This document shows positions 10,347-19,650 of a stretch of DNA of 44,709 bases, piece by piece. Source of the stretch: Pseudomonadota bacterium (GTDB lineage: Bacteria; Pseudomonadota; Gammaproteobacteria; Ga0077536); assembly GCA_029977665.1 (NCBI GenBank), contig JAPOKK010000002.1, positions 1 through 44,709 of the forward strand. Reading direction: 5' to 3'. Positions within the stretch are counted from its first letter, which is position 1, and every line of letters starts with the position of its first letter. The translations under genes and the position numbers were made by a program. The notes beneath the pieces are model-generated. The model was not told where the DNA came from and searched no databases. It saw only the letters and a list, made by a program, of their open reading frames with translations.

Positions 10347-10949
10347 GTGAGCAATCGCCCGACGCTCGCGCTCGCCTCGCGCTCACCCCGCCGCGCCGCA
10401 CTGCTGCGCCTGCTCGGCGTCGAGTTCGACATCATCCCGGCCGACGCCGACGAACGCGTACTGGTCGGCGAACCGCCGGCCGCTTACGTGCGCCGCGTGA
10501 CCCGCCTCAAGGCTGCCGCCGCGCACGCTGCCGACAGCGACGGCCACGTGCTGCTGGCCGCCGATACCTGCGTCAGCATCGACGGCGACATCTTCGGCAA
10601 GCCACTCGACCGCGCGGACTGCGCACGCATGCTGCGCAGGCTCGCGGGGCGCTGGCACGATGTCCACACGGCACTCATCGTCAGCCCGCCCGACGGCGAC
10701 CCCCTCGAGGCCCTGGTGACCACGCGGGTCGAGTTCGTCACCTTCGACGATGCCGTGATCGAGGCCTACTGGGCGAGCGGCGAGCCGGCCGACAAGGCCG
10801 GCGCATACGGCATCCAGGGACTCGGTGGCACGCTGGTGCGGCGCATCGAGGGCAGTTACTCCGCGGTCGTCGGACTGCCGCTCGCCGAGAGCGCGGAGCT
10901 GCTCGCGCGCGCCGGCATCGCCCACGCGCTCGGCGGCCCCCGGACCTGA
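10347..10949 (+). CDS. maf: Maf-like nucleoside triphosphate pyrophosphatase
   Basis: GTG start. The 200-aa product contains LASRSPRRAALL, DKAGAYGIQG and GSYSAVVGLPL. Confidence 0.88.
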   Translation: MSNRPTLALASRSPRRAALLRLLGVEFDIIPADADERVLVGEPPAAYVRRVTRLKAAAAHAADSDGHVLLAADTCVSIDGDIFGKPLDRADCARMLRRLAGRWHDVHTALIVSPPDGDPLEALVTTRVEFVTFDDAVIEAYWASGEPADKAGAYGIQGLGGTLVRRIEGSYSAVVGLPLAESAELLARAGIAHALGGPRT

Positions 10950-11008
10950 GGAAGCGCAGCGCGAATGCGCCGGTAAACCCGGTAACGGTCGGTCGGTGCG
11001 CGCGCCGC

Positions 11009-12280
11009 TCAGCCGGGCACGAACTCGCCGGGCAGGCGTCGCGGCACGGCAACGTTGCGCAGCGTCACGTACTGCGGCAGGCCGTTGACATAGGGCGGAT
11101 AGTCCTCGCCGGCGATGAGCGGGGCGAGGTAGCGGCGACATGCGGCGGTAATGCCGTAGCCGTCCTCGGTGATGTACTCACGCGGCATCTTCTTCTCGAC
11201 GTTTGCCACTTCGGCCAGGCGCGCCTTGCCGATCTCCCAGGTATAGGGGTCGTCGGAGGTGCGCACGATGGTAGGCATCACCGCGTTCTCGCCGGCAAGC
11301 GCCATCTCGACCGCCGCGCGGCCGAGCGCGTAGGCCTGCTCGACATCGGTCTTCGAGGCGATGTGGCGCGCCGCACGCTGCAGGTAGTCGGCGACTGCCC
11401 AGTGGTACTTGTAGCCAAGTTCGCGCTTGATCAATTCGGCGACGACGGGCGCGACGCCGCCCAGCTGCGCATGGCCGAACGCATCCCTCGTGCCCGCCTC
11501 GGCGACGAACTTGCCGGCGGCGTTGCGCAGACCCTCGGAGACGACGATGGCGCAGTATCCGTAGGCTTCGACGCATTCACGGACGCGGGCGAGGAAATCC
11601 GCCTCGTCGAAAACGATCTCGGGAAACAGGATCAGCTGCGGGGCCTGCCCCGGCGCTTCGCTGGCGAGCCCGCCGGCCGCCGCGATCCAGCCGGCGTGGC
11701 GCCCCATGACCTCCATGACGAACACCTTGGTCGATGTCTTGGCCATGGACGCGACGTCGAACCCGGCTTCGCGAATCGATACCGCGACATACTTGGCGAC
11801 CGAACCGAAACCGGGACAGTTGTCGGTCACCGGCAGATCGTTGTCGACCGTCTTCGGGATGCCGATTGCGGTCAAGGGGTAGCCGTGGGCCGCGGCGAAC
11901 TCGGCGACCTTGTTCGAGGTGTCCTGCGAATCGCCGCCGCCGTTGTAGAAGAAGTAGCCGATGTCGTGGGCACGGAAAACCTCGACGAGACGTTCGTACT
12001 CGGCACGGTTATCGCTGAAGCTCTTGAGCTTGTAGCGGCACGAGCCGAACGCACCCGACGGCGTGTGCCGCAGCGCGGCGATATCCGCATCGGATTCCTG
12101 CGAGGTGTCGATGAGGTCCTCGGTGAGCGCGCCGATGATGCCATTGCGGCCCGCGAACACCCGTCCGATGCGTTCGGGATGGCGTCGCGCCGTCTCGATG
12201 ACACCGCAGGCCGAAGCGTTGATGACGGCCGTGACGCCACCGGATTGGGCGTAGAAGGCGTTGCGTTTCTCCACAGTCAT
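11009..12280 (-). CDS. pfp: 6-phosphofructokinase, probably pyrophosphate-dependent (PPi-PFK)
   Basis: The 423-aa PFK-family protein contains NAFYAQSGGVTAVINA, FFYNGGGDSQDT, IGIPKTVDNDL and MGRHAGW. It has Lys in PKTVDND and Asp in GGGDS at the positions that are Gly in ATP-dependent PfkA. Confidence 0.82.
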   Translation of the reverse strand: MTVEKRNAFYAQSGGVTAVINASACGVIETARRHPERIGRVFAGRNGIIGALTEDLIDTSQESDADIAALRHTPSGAFGSCRYKLKSFSDNRAEYERLVEVFRAHDIGYFFYNGGGDSQDTSNKVAEFAAAHGYPLTAIGIPKTVDNDLPVTDNCPGFGSVAKYVAVSIREAGFDVASMAKTSTKVFVMEVMGRHAGWIAAAGGLASEAPGQAPQLILFPEIVFDEADFLARVRECVEAYGYCAIVVSEGLRNAAGKFVAEAGTRDAFGHAQLGGVAPVVAELIKRELGYKYHWAVADYLQRAARHIASKTDVEQAYALGRAAVEMALAGENAVMPTIVRTSDDPYTWEIGKARLAEVANVEKKMPREYITEDGYGITAACRRYLAPLIAGEDYPPYVNGLPQYVTLRNVAVPRRLPGEFVPG

Positions 12281-12462
12281 TGCTCGATTCCGCGTCAGGA
12301 TGCAAAAGTCGGCCCGGTGCCGCGATGGGCCCCGCCGCCGTAGAACTCGGCGCGGGCGCGCCGGTCTTACTTTACAATACAGGGCCCACGGGCAGCATCG
12401 CAGTCGATGCCGCTCAGCCGCAAGCGAATCGTTACCAGGAATCCCTCGCAGACCCGCAATCC

Positions 12463-13929
12463 ATGAAGGCCAAGCGCGCTCTCGTCAGCCTCGCCGTCGC
12501 CGCGGCGTTCATCGTGCCGCCGCTGCCGGCGCAGGAGCGCATCGAGCTGCCCACACTGGGCGATTCCGCCGGCGCGCTCATCTCGCCCGAGCAGGAACGC
12601 AAGCTCGGTGAGAACTTCATGCGCGAGATGCGCCGCCAGGCGCCGATCGTCTACGACGAAGAAGTCGAGGACTACATCCAGCAACTCGGCGACAGCCTCG
12701 GCGACAACAGCGATTACTACGGGGACTTCAGCTTCTTCGTCATCGACAGCCCGGTCATCAACGCGTTCGCGGTGCCCGGCGGATTCATCTTCTTCCACAC
12801 CGGCCTGATCCTCGAGACGCAGACCGAATCCGAACTCGCCTCGGTCGTCGGCCACGAAATCTCCCACGTCACCCAGCGCCACGGCGCGCGCATGATCGAG
12901 GCCGCCTCGCAGATGAACCTGCCGATGATCGCCGCGACCATCGGCGCCCTGTTGCTCGCCGTGGCGAACCCCGAAGCCGGCACCGCCGCGCTGATGGGTA
13001 CCCAGGCGGCGGCGGCGCAGGCCCAGATCAACTTCACCCGCGCGAACGAGAAGGAGGCCGACTCGCTCGGTTTGCGCCTGATGAGCGATGCCGGCTTCGA
13101 TACGGCGGACATGGCGGTCTTCTTCGAGCGCATGCAGCGCGCGAATCGCTACAGCGACCCGGCCTTCATTCCGGAGTACCTGCGCACGCACCCGATCAAC
13201 GTCAACCGTATCGCCGAGGCCCGCTCCCGTGCCGAGTCGATCCGACCGGCGACGATCCGCGAGGACAGCTACCAGTACCACCTGATCAAGGCCAAGCTGC
13301 GGGTGCGTGCGACGCAGAACCCGATGGATGCCCGCCACCTGTTCCAGACGCGCCTCGAGCAGGGCAGCGGCCCCTACGAGGAAGTCGCACGCTACGGCTA
13401 CGCACTCGCGCTGATCGAGACCGGCGATTTCACGCAGGCACGCATCGAGCTGGCCAAGCTCATCGCCGACTACCCGACGCTGGTATCGTTCCGCATCGCC
13501 GCCGGGCAGCTCGAGCGCCAGGCACGCAACTACGCCGCCTCGCTCGACCATTACGAGCGTGCGTTCGCGCTCGAACCGGAGAATCGCGCCGCGGTGTATG
13601 GCTATACCAACGCGCTGCTGCTGGTCGGGCAGAGCGCCGAGGCCAAGCAGGTGCTGCGCGATTACGGCCTCTCCGATCGCCGCGATCCGAAGTTCTACAA
13701 GCTGCTGGCGGAGTCGGAAACACAGCTTGGCCAGACCGCCAACGCCCACCATTCGCTGGCCGAGTACTACCTCAGCGTCGGCGAGTATCCCCATGCCGCG
13801 GAGCAGCTGCGCATTGCGCGCGAAACGCCCGGGCTGTCCAACTACCAGCGGCAGAAGATCGTCGCCCGCCTCGACGAAGTCGAGCAGACGATCATCGACC
13901 TCGAGCGCGAGCAACGCCGCGGCCGCTGA
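12463..13929 (+). CDS. bepA: Beta-barrel assembly-enhancing protease BepA (M48 peptidase with TPR domain)
   Basis: This is the tail of ORF 12280..13929. From the ATG at 12463 it starts with the signal peptide MKAKRALVSLAVAAAFIVPP. It carries the zinc motif HEISHVTQRH and EKEADSLG, and has a TPR-like C-terminal half. The product is 488 aa. Confidence 0.85.
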   Translation: MKAKRALVSLAVAAAFIVPPLPAQERIELPTLGDSAGALISPEQERKLGENFMREMRRQAPIVYDEEVEDYIQQLGDSLGDNSDYYGDFSFFVIDSPVINAFAVPGGFIFFHTGLILETQTESELASVVGHEISHVTQRHGARMIEAASQMNLPMIAATIGALLLAVANPEAGTAALMGTQAAAAQAQINFTRANEKEADSLGLRLMSDAGFDTADMAVFFERMQRANRYSDPAFIPEYLRTHPINVNRIAEARSRAESIRPATIREDSYQYHLIKAKLRVRATQNPMDARHLFQTRLEQGSGPYEEVARYGYALALIETGDFTQARIELAKLIADYPTLVSFRIAAGQLERQARNYAASLDHYERAFALEPENRAAVYGYTNALLLVGQSAEAKQVLRDYGLSDRRDPKFYKLLAESETQLGQTANAHHSLAEYYLSVGEYPHAAEQLRIARETPGLSNYQRQKIVARLDEVEQTIIDLEREQRRGR

Positions 13930-14095
13930 TTCCCGCCGCCGCGGCGGAACGTTTACAGACTGTTAATTCCTCTCCCAGCCGGGCACTTTGTCGACTGCTT
14001 AACAGATCGGCAACCTATTCTCTCTATAGTAGCGAGCCAGGAAAGCGGCACAGACCGGTGTTCAAACCGGCACAAAAAAAACGGATTAAAACGCC

Positions 14096-14392
14096 ATGAA
14101 AAATCGCCCTTGGTATTGCTACACACTTGATTTCCTTGGCATCGCGGCCCTCGTCGGTGCCGCCGCCAGCCTCGCCGGCGCCTACTGGCTGAACGGCACC
14201 GCCGGCGAAGCGGGCATGCTAGGCGCCTTCCAGTACTGCCTGGGAGGTGCGGTGGCAGCGCTGCTGGCAGCGCGTACCTGCGAGGTGACGCACGTGCTGC
14301 GACATCATCAACCGACGCCGACCCCGCTCGGCAGCAACCTCGACAACGTCGAGAACCTGCCGCGACGCGACGACCTGCCGCGCGCCGCCTGA
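14096..14392 (+). CDS. Hypothetical small membrane protein (two predicted hydrophobic helices)
   Basis: The 98-aa ORF contains FLGIAALVGAAASLAGAYWL and LGAFQYCLGGAVAALLAA. After the first ~13 AT-rich codons, third codon positions are overwhelmingly G/C, as in the flanking genes. A strong hairpin follows. I recognise no family. Confidence 0.5.
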   Translation: MKNRPWYCYTLDFLGIAALVGAAASLAGAYWLNGTAGEAGMLGAFQYCLGGAVAALLAARTCEVTHVLRHHQPTPTPLGSNLDNVENLPRRDDLPRAA

Positions 14393-14402
14393 CCCGCACC
14401 GA

Positions 14403-14430
14403 CCAGGGCACCCCGACACGGGTGCCCTGG
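14403..14430 (+). terminator. Perfect 11-bp hairpin just downstream of the orphan ORF (possible terminator, no U-tract)
   Basis: CCAGGGCACCC - CGACAC - GGGTGCCCTGG begins 11 nt after the stop codon. It is followed by ACTCTCTC rather than a T-run. Confidence 0.4.
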
Positions 14431-14660
14431 ACTCTCTCAGCACGAAGTTTCCTCGCGCGCCCTCCCGCGGCGTGACCTCGCTTGCGTGTACCTGGTTACG
14501 ACCCGCAACACCCATCTCCGACACCCGGCCCTCCGAGGCCCCGCCCGCCGCCTGCTAGCCGCCCGGCTGAGCTTTAATGCGGGATCCACTGCGCGCGGTC
14601 CACTGCGAGCTCGGCGACATCGTTCGTCCCCGTCGTCGGCAGCCCGACGCGTCCATCAAC

Positions 14661-14691
14661 AAAAAAAAAGGCCGGCACTTTCGTGCCGGCC
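14661..14691 (-). terminator. Rho-independent terminator of hppA
   Basis: The minus strand reads GGCCGGCAC-GAAA-GTGCCGGCC followed by TTTTTTTTT, which is a 9-bp stem, a GAAA loop and a T9 run. It begins 31 nt after the hppA stop. Confidence 0.8.
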
Positions 14692-14721
14692 TCTTGCCAG
14701 GTCGTGGCTGTCAGGGCCCGC

Positions 14722-16863
14722 TCAGCCCATCAGGATGCCGCCGTACTGCACGAAGAACGGCACGAACACGAGCGACAGAATGGCCGACAGCTTGATCAGG
14801 ATGTTGAGCGAGGGACCCGACGTATCCTTGAGCGGATCGCCGACGGTATCACCGACGACGGCAGCCTTGTGCGCCTCGGTGCCCTTGCCGCCGTGGTTGC
14901 CCTTCTCGATGTACTTCTTGGCGTTGTCCCACGCACCACCGCTGTTCGAGCTGGAGATGGCCAGCACGCCGCCGCACACCAGCGAACCGGCGAGCAGACC
15001 CGCCGTCGCCTCGATGCCGAACAGGAAGCCGGTCACCAACGGCGCGCCCATGATCAGCACGCCCGGAGCAATCATCTCCTTGAGCGCAGCCTGCGTCGAG
15101 ATGGCCACGCACTGCTCGTAGTCGGGGTCACCCTTGCCTTCCATGATGCCGGTAATCTCGCGGAACTGGCGGCGCACTTCCTCGATCATCTTGTAGGCAG
15201 CGGCGCCCACCGACTTCATCGTCATGGCCGAGAAGTACGCCGGCAGCACGGCGCCGATGAACAGGCCGGTATAGACCATCGGGTCGAGCAGGTTGATCGA
15301 ACCAAGCAGGTCGTACTCCGGTCCGTGCTGCTCCTTGAGCAGCAGGTCGGCGCGCGTGAGGAAGGCAGCGAACAGGGCCAGCGAGGTGAGAATGGCGGCG
15401 CCGATGGCGAAGCCCTTGCCCATCGCCGCGGTGGTGTTGCCGGCCGCGTCGAGAATGTCGGTGCGCTCACGCACGTGCTCCGGCATACCCGACATCTCGG
15501 CGATGCCGCCGGCGTTGTCGGCGACCGGGCCGTAGGCGTCGATGGTCAGCGCGATCACCAGGGTACCGAGCATGCCGAGCGAAGCGATGGCCACGCCGTA
15601 CATGCCGGCCAGGATCCACGGGATGTAGATCGCGAGGCCGATGGCGATGTAGGGACCGACCGCACTCTTGTAGCCGAGCGCGAGACCGAAAATGATGTTC
15701 GTTGCCGAACCGGTTTCGCAGGACTGCGCGACTTCGCGCACCGGGCTGTACTCGTGCGCCGTGTAGTACTCGGGCAGCAGACCGACGACGAGGCCCGCGA
15801 CCAGACCCGTCAGGAAGCAGAAGTAGACGTCGAGCGCCGAACAGTCGAGACCGTTGATGACGAAGCTCTCGGGCACGAAGGCCATGGTGACGAAATACAT
15901 CACGATCGCCATCAGTACGCTCGAGATGATGAGCATCTTCTTCAGCGCCGGGCCGACCTGCTCTTCGGAGTTCACGCGGACCATGAGCAGCGTGACCAGG
16001 CTGACCGGAATACCGATGGCGGAGATCAGGATGGGGTAGAGCAGGGCATCGACGTTGCCGGCAAAGGCGATGGCCGAGATGACCATGGCCGCGCAGGTGC
16101 TCTCGGCGCACGAACCGAACAGGTCGGCGCCCATGCCCGCGACGTCACCGACGTTGTCACCGACGTTGTCGGCAATGACGGCCGGGTTGCGCGGGTCGTC
16201 TTCCGGAATGCCCGCCTCGACCTTGCCGACGAGGTCGGCGCCGACGTCGGCGGCCTTGGTGAAGATACCGCCGCCGACACGCGCGAACAGCGCAATCGAG
16301 GAACCGCCGAGACCGAAGCCGGCAATCACCTCCATCAGGATGTGCTCGGGCAGCTGCTCGGGCATAAGGGCCTTGAGCAGCAGGTAGACCACGAGCAGGC
16401 CGAGCGCGGCCAGGCTGACCAGGCCGAAGCCCATCACCGAGCCCGAGTGCAAGGCGACATTGAAGGCGTCGGAAAGCGACTTGTTGGCCGAAACCGTCGT
16501 GCGCACGTTACCCACGGTGGCAATGCGCATGCCGATGAAGCCGGAGACGATGGAAATGATGGCGCCGAGCAGGAAGGCGACGGCGGTATAGATGCCCTCG
16601 TTGACGTAGTCGGTATGGTGATCGTCGATCAGCGCGGCAATGATGGCGGCGAACACGACCATGAAGATGGCCATGAACTTGTATTCCTGCTTGAGGAAGG
16701 CCATCGCGCCGCTGGCGATGGCGGCGGAAATCTTCGCCAGGCGCCCCTTCGTATCCGCATCCTCGACGCCCATGTCGATGGGCACCTTCTTGATGGAAGA
16801 GGAGTAATAGAAAGCCGTGGCCAGGCCGAATAGCGACAAGGCCAGAATGATAGTAACCGCCAT
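14722..16863 (-). CDS. hppA: Membrane-integral proton-translocating pyrophosphatase (K+-dependent-type signature)
   Basis: The 713-aa polytopic protein contains [52 protein letters not shown] and [23 protein letters not shown]. Confidence 0.95.
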   Translation of the reverse strand: MAVTIILALSLFGLATAFYYSSSIKKVPIDMGVEDADTKGRLAKISAAIASGAMAFLKQEYKFMAIFMVVFAAIIAALIDDHHTDYVNEGIYTAVAFLLGAIISIVSGFIGMRIATVGNVRTTVSANKSLSDAFNVALHSGSVMGFGLVSLAALGLLVVYLLLKALMPEQLPEHILMEVIAGFGLGGSSIALFARVGGGIFTKAADVGADLVGKVEAGIPEDDPRNPAVIADNVGDNVGDVAGMGADLFGSCAESTCAAMVISAIAFAGNVDALLYPILISAIGIPVSLVTLLMVRVNSEEQVGPALKKMLIISSVLMAIVMYFVTMAFVPESFVINGLDCSALDVYFCFLTGLVAGLVVGLLPEYYTAHEYSPVREVAQSCETGSATNIIFGLALGYKSAVGPYIAIGLAIYIPWILAGMYGVAIASLGMLGTLVIALTIDAYGPVADNAGGIAEMSGMPEHVRERTDILDAAGNTTAAMGKGFAIGAAILTSLALFAAFLTRADLLLKEQHGPEYDLLGSINLLDPMVYTGLFIGAVLPAYFSAMTMKSVGAAAYKMIEEVRRQFREITGIMEGKGDPDYEQCVAISTQAALKEMIAPGVLIMGAPLVTGFLFGIEATAGLLAGSLVCGGVLAISSSNSGGAWDNAKKYIEKGNHGGKGTEAHKAAVVGDTVGDPLKDTSGPSLNILIKLSAILSLVFVPFFVQYGGILMG

Positions 16864-16967
16864 CGTAGGTCTGTCTCCGTCTAGTTACGAGGAAAGTGCT
16901 GAGGAGTCGCGGGGCTCGGAGTCCCTGGTCCCGGTGTGTATTTCTTATGTGTTCGCGGGATCCGCGC

Positions 16968-16996
16968 ACTATAACCGGCTTTGCCCGGTTTATCGA
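16968..16996 (-). promoter_or_regulatory. Candidate sigma70-type promoter for hppA
   Basis: The minus strand reads TCGATA-N17-TATAGT in a lower-GC patch, about 105 nt upstream of the hppA ATG. It was found by eye only. Confidence 0.25.
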
Positions 16997-17078
16997 TACT
17001 CGGCGGGCGCCGAAACCGGCCTCGCGACAGTATGTTGCAAGCGCTTTCGGTGGCGGGCGGGACGGCGGGGCGAGGTGA

Positions 17079-17151
17079 TGGGCCGTGTAGGGATCGAACC
17101 TACGACCATCGGATTAAAAGTCCGGTGCTCTACCAGCTGAGCTAACGGCCC
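17079..17151 (-). tRNA. tRNA-Lys (anticodon UUU)
   Basis: The minus strand reads GGGCCGTTAGCTCAGCTGGTAGAGCACCGGACTTTTAATCCGATGGTCGTAGGTTCGATCCCTACACGGCCCA. It folds as a 7-bp acceptor stem, a GCTC/GAGC D stem, anticodon loop CTTTTAA and T arm GTAGG-TTCGATC-CCTAC. There is one C-A mismatch at the top of the anticodon stem. The 3' CCA is not encoded. Confidence 0.93.
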
Positions 17152-17339
17152 TCGGGCGGGCGATTCGGCCGGCGCCGTGGGCAGGATGCCGCCTGGCGGT
17201 GCGAATCGGGCCGCGATCCTAGCGAATCCGACCGGGGCTGTACATCGCACCCTGCAGGCGTGGCTGCACAAAGCGCTTGAAAAATCTCCGCCTGCCCCCA
17301 TGATTCACGGACTTCGTTCGTTTCAGTCAGGGCCCAGTC

Positions 17340-17651
17340 ATGCCTATCTACGAATATCAATGCGACGATTGCGGGCATAAGCTCGAAATCCTGCAACGCA
17401 TGAGCGACGACCCGCTCAAGACCTGCCCGTCGTGCAGCCACGACGCGCTCCGCAAGCTGGTCTCGGCCGCGGGCTTCCAGCTCAAGGGCACCGGCTGGTA
17501 CGTGACCGATTTCCGCGACAAGGGCAAGAAGCCCGCAAGCAAGTCCGGTGACGGCGAAAGCAGCAGCAAATCCACTGCCTCGGACGACAAGGGCAGCGCC
17601 AAGAGCGAGACGAAACCGAGCACGACGAGCGCCGCGACGGGCGCCGACTGA
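17340..17651 (+). CDS. FmdB-family zinc-ribbon protein with a low-complexity tail
   Basis: The N-terminus reads MPIYEYQCDDCGHKLEILQRMSDDPLKTCPSCS (CxxC..CxxC), then FQLKGTGWYVTDF. The C-terminal ~45 residues are rich in Ser, Lys and Thr. Confidence 0.8.
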   Translation: MPIYEYQCDDCGHKLEILQRMSDDPLKTCPSCSHDALRKLVSAAGFQLKGTGWYVTDFRDKGKKPASKSGDGESSSKSTASDDKGSAKSETKPSTTSAATGAD

Positions 17652-17758
17652 GCGCGGTGCGACGGCGGCCGGCGCGGCGTTGCGGGCATGGGCGGCAATC
17701 CGTATGATGCCGCCCTTTGCCGCGCCCCTGCGGCGTCCTGCCGCGTGCCTGCCTGCCC

Positions 17759-19534
17759 ATGAGAAGCCATTACTGTGGTGAGCTGACCGAGCCCCTGATC
17801 GACCAGGATGTCGCCCTGTGCGGCTGGGTCCACCACCGCCGTGATCACGGCGGCGTCATCTTCATCGACCTGCGTGACCGCGAAGGCGTCGCCCAGGTGG
17901 TCATCGATCCGGACACGCCCGAGGCGTTCGCCCTCGCCGAGCGCGTGCGCAGCGAGTACGTGCTGCGCATCCGCGGCCGGGTCCGCGCGCGGCCCGAAGG
18001 TACGGTCAATCCGGACATGCCGACCGGTGCGGTCGAGGTCCTGGTCAAGGAACTCGAGATCCTCAACGACGCGCGCACGCCGCCGTTCCAGCTCGACGAG
18101 AGCCACGTCCACGACGACACGCGGCTCAAGTTCCGCTACATCGACCTGCGCACCGACCGCATGCGCGAGAACATCCGCCTGCGCGCGCGCGTCGCGCGCG
18201 AACTGCGCGGCTTCCTCGACGCCCAGGGCTTTCTCGAGATCGAGACGCCGATGCTGACCAAGGCGACACCCGAGGGCGCGCGCGACTACCTCGTGCCGAG
18301 CCGCACCCACCCCGGCCGCTTCTTCGCCCTGCCGCAGTCGCCGCAGCTGTTCAAGCAGCTGTTGATGATGTCGGGGCTGGACCGCTACTACCAGATCGTA
18401 CGCTGCTTCCGCGACGAGGACCTGCGCGCCGACCGGCAACCCGAGTTCACCCAGCTCGACGTCGAGATGTCGTTCGTCGACGAAGAAGGCGTCACGGGCC
18501 TGATGGAAGCGATGGTACGTGCGCTGTTCGAGTCCGTACTCGGCGTCAGCCTCCCTGACCCCTTCCCGCGCCTGAGCTGGGCGGAAGCCATGGATCGCTA
18601 CGGTTCCGACCGCCCCGACCTGCGCAACCCGCTCGAGCTGGTCGGCATCAGCGATCTCATGCAGGGCGTCGAATTCAAGGTCTTCGCCGCCCCCGCGGCG
18701 AGCGAGAGCGGCCGCGTCGCGGCGCTGCGCGCACCGGGCGGCGGTGCGCTGACGCGCAAGCAAATCGACGACTACACGGATTTCGTCAAGATTTACGGCG
18801 CCAAGGGCCTCGCCTATATCAAGGTCAACGACATCGACGCCGGCATCGAGGGGCTGCAGTCGCCGATCCTGAAGTTCCTGCCCGCCGAAGTCGTCGCCGA
18901 AGTGCTCGCACGCACCGGCTGCAGGAACGGCGACGTGGTCTTCTTCGGCGCCGACGAGGCGAGCATCGTCAATGCCGCGCTCGGCGCGCTGCGCGACAAG
19001 CTTGCCCAGGACCTCGGCCTCGTCGAGGATGCCTGGCGTCCGCTGTGGGTGGTTGATTTCCCGATGTTCGAGTGGGACGCGGAAGAAAAACGCTGGGCCG
19101 CGCTGCATCACCCCTTCACCGCGCCGAGTGGGAGGCTCGAAAGCGTCAACGCGGACCCGGGGGCGGCTATTTCACGCGCCTACGACATGGTACTGAACGG
19201 CTCGGAGATCGGCGGCGGCTCGATTCGTATCCATCGCCCCGAGATGCAGCGGGCCATCTTCGGCCTGCTCGGCATCGGCGCGGAAGAGGCCGAGGAGAAA
19301 TTCGGCTTCCTCACCGAGGCACTGCAGTACGGGTGCCCGCCGCACGGCGGCATCGCCTTCGGCCTCGACCGCCTGGTCATGCTGATGGCCGGCGAGCACT
19401 CGATTCGCGACGTCATCGCCTTCCCCAAGACCCAGACCGCGAGCTGCCCGCTGACCGCGGCGCCGAGCGCGGTGAGCGAGCGCCAGCTGCGCGAACTCTC
19501 GATTCGGCTGCGCAAGGGCGCCGGCACCGAGTAG
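17759..19534 (+). CDS. aspS: Aspartate--tRNA ligase
   Basis: This is the tail of ORF 17717..19534. From the ATG at 17759 it reads [43 protein letters not shown]. It also contains [18 protein letters not shown] and [23 protein letters not shown]. The product is 591 aa. Confidence 0.96.
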   Translation: MRSHYCGELTEPLIDQDVALCGWVHHRRDHGGVIFIDLRDREGVAQVVIDPDTPEAFALAERVRSEYVLRIRGRVRARPEGTVNPDMPTGAVEVLVKELEILNDARTPPFQLDESHVHDDTRLKFRYIDLRTDRMRENIRLRARVARELRGFLDAQGFLEIETPMLTKATPEGARDYLVPSRTHPGRFFALPQSPQLFKQLLMMSGLDRYYQIVRCFRDEDLRADRQPEFTQLDVEMSFVDEEGVTGLMEAMVRALFESVLGVSLPDPFPRLSWAEAMDRYGSDRPDLRNPLELVGISDLMQGVEFKVFAAPAASESGRVAALRAPGGGALTRKQIDDYTDFVKIYGAKGLAYIKVNDIDAGIEGLQSPILKFLPAEVVAEVLARTGCRNGDVVFFGADEASIVNAALGALRDKLAQDLGLVEDAWRPLWVVDFPMFEWDAEEKRWAALHHPFTAPSGRLESVNADPGAAISRAYDMVLNGSEIGGGSIRIHRPEMQRAIFGLLGIGAEEAEEKFGFLTEALQYGCPPHGGIAFGLDRLVMLMAGEHSIRDVIAFPKTQTASCPLTAAPSAVSERQLRELSIRLRKGAGTE

Positions 19535-19650
19535 GCCCGGGCCCCTTGCATTCGGGCGCCCCCGGCGCCATGTAACGTTCTGCAGGGCGCCACCACGGCA
19601 GCCGCGCCGGCATGCTGCCGGGTGATGCGCCCGAGCCGAGGTGATACCCC

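Noticed and set aside
14683-16833. A 716-aa plus-strand ORF opposite hppA
   Set aside because: It is the mirror frame of a highly conserved membrane pyrophosphatase. The product is a charged, low-complexity Asp/Arg/Gly/His-rich string.
17079-17151. The tRNA-Lys gene as a genomic-island integration site
   Set aside because: There is no integrase, no phage or mobile genes, and no duplicated copy of the tRNA 3' end that I could spot nearby. The flanking genes are core housekeeping.
17652-17758. A leader or attenuator (T-box-like) in front of aspS
   Set aside because: 107 nt is too short for a T-box, I recognise no specifier or antiterminator features, and such leaders are not typical of proteobacterial aspS.
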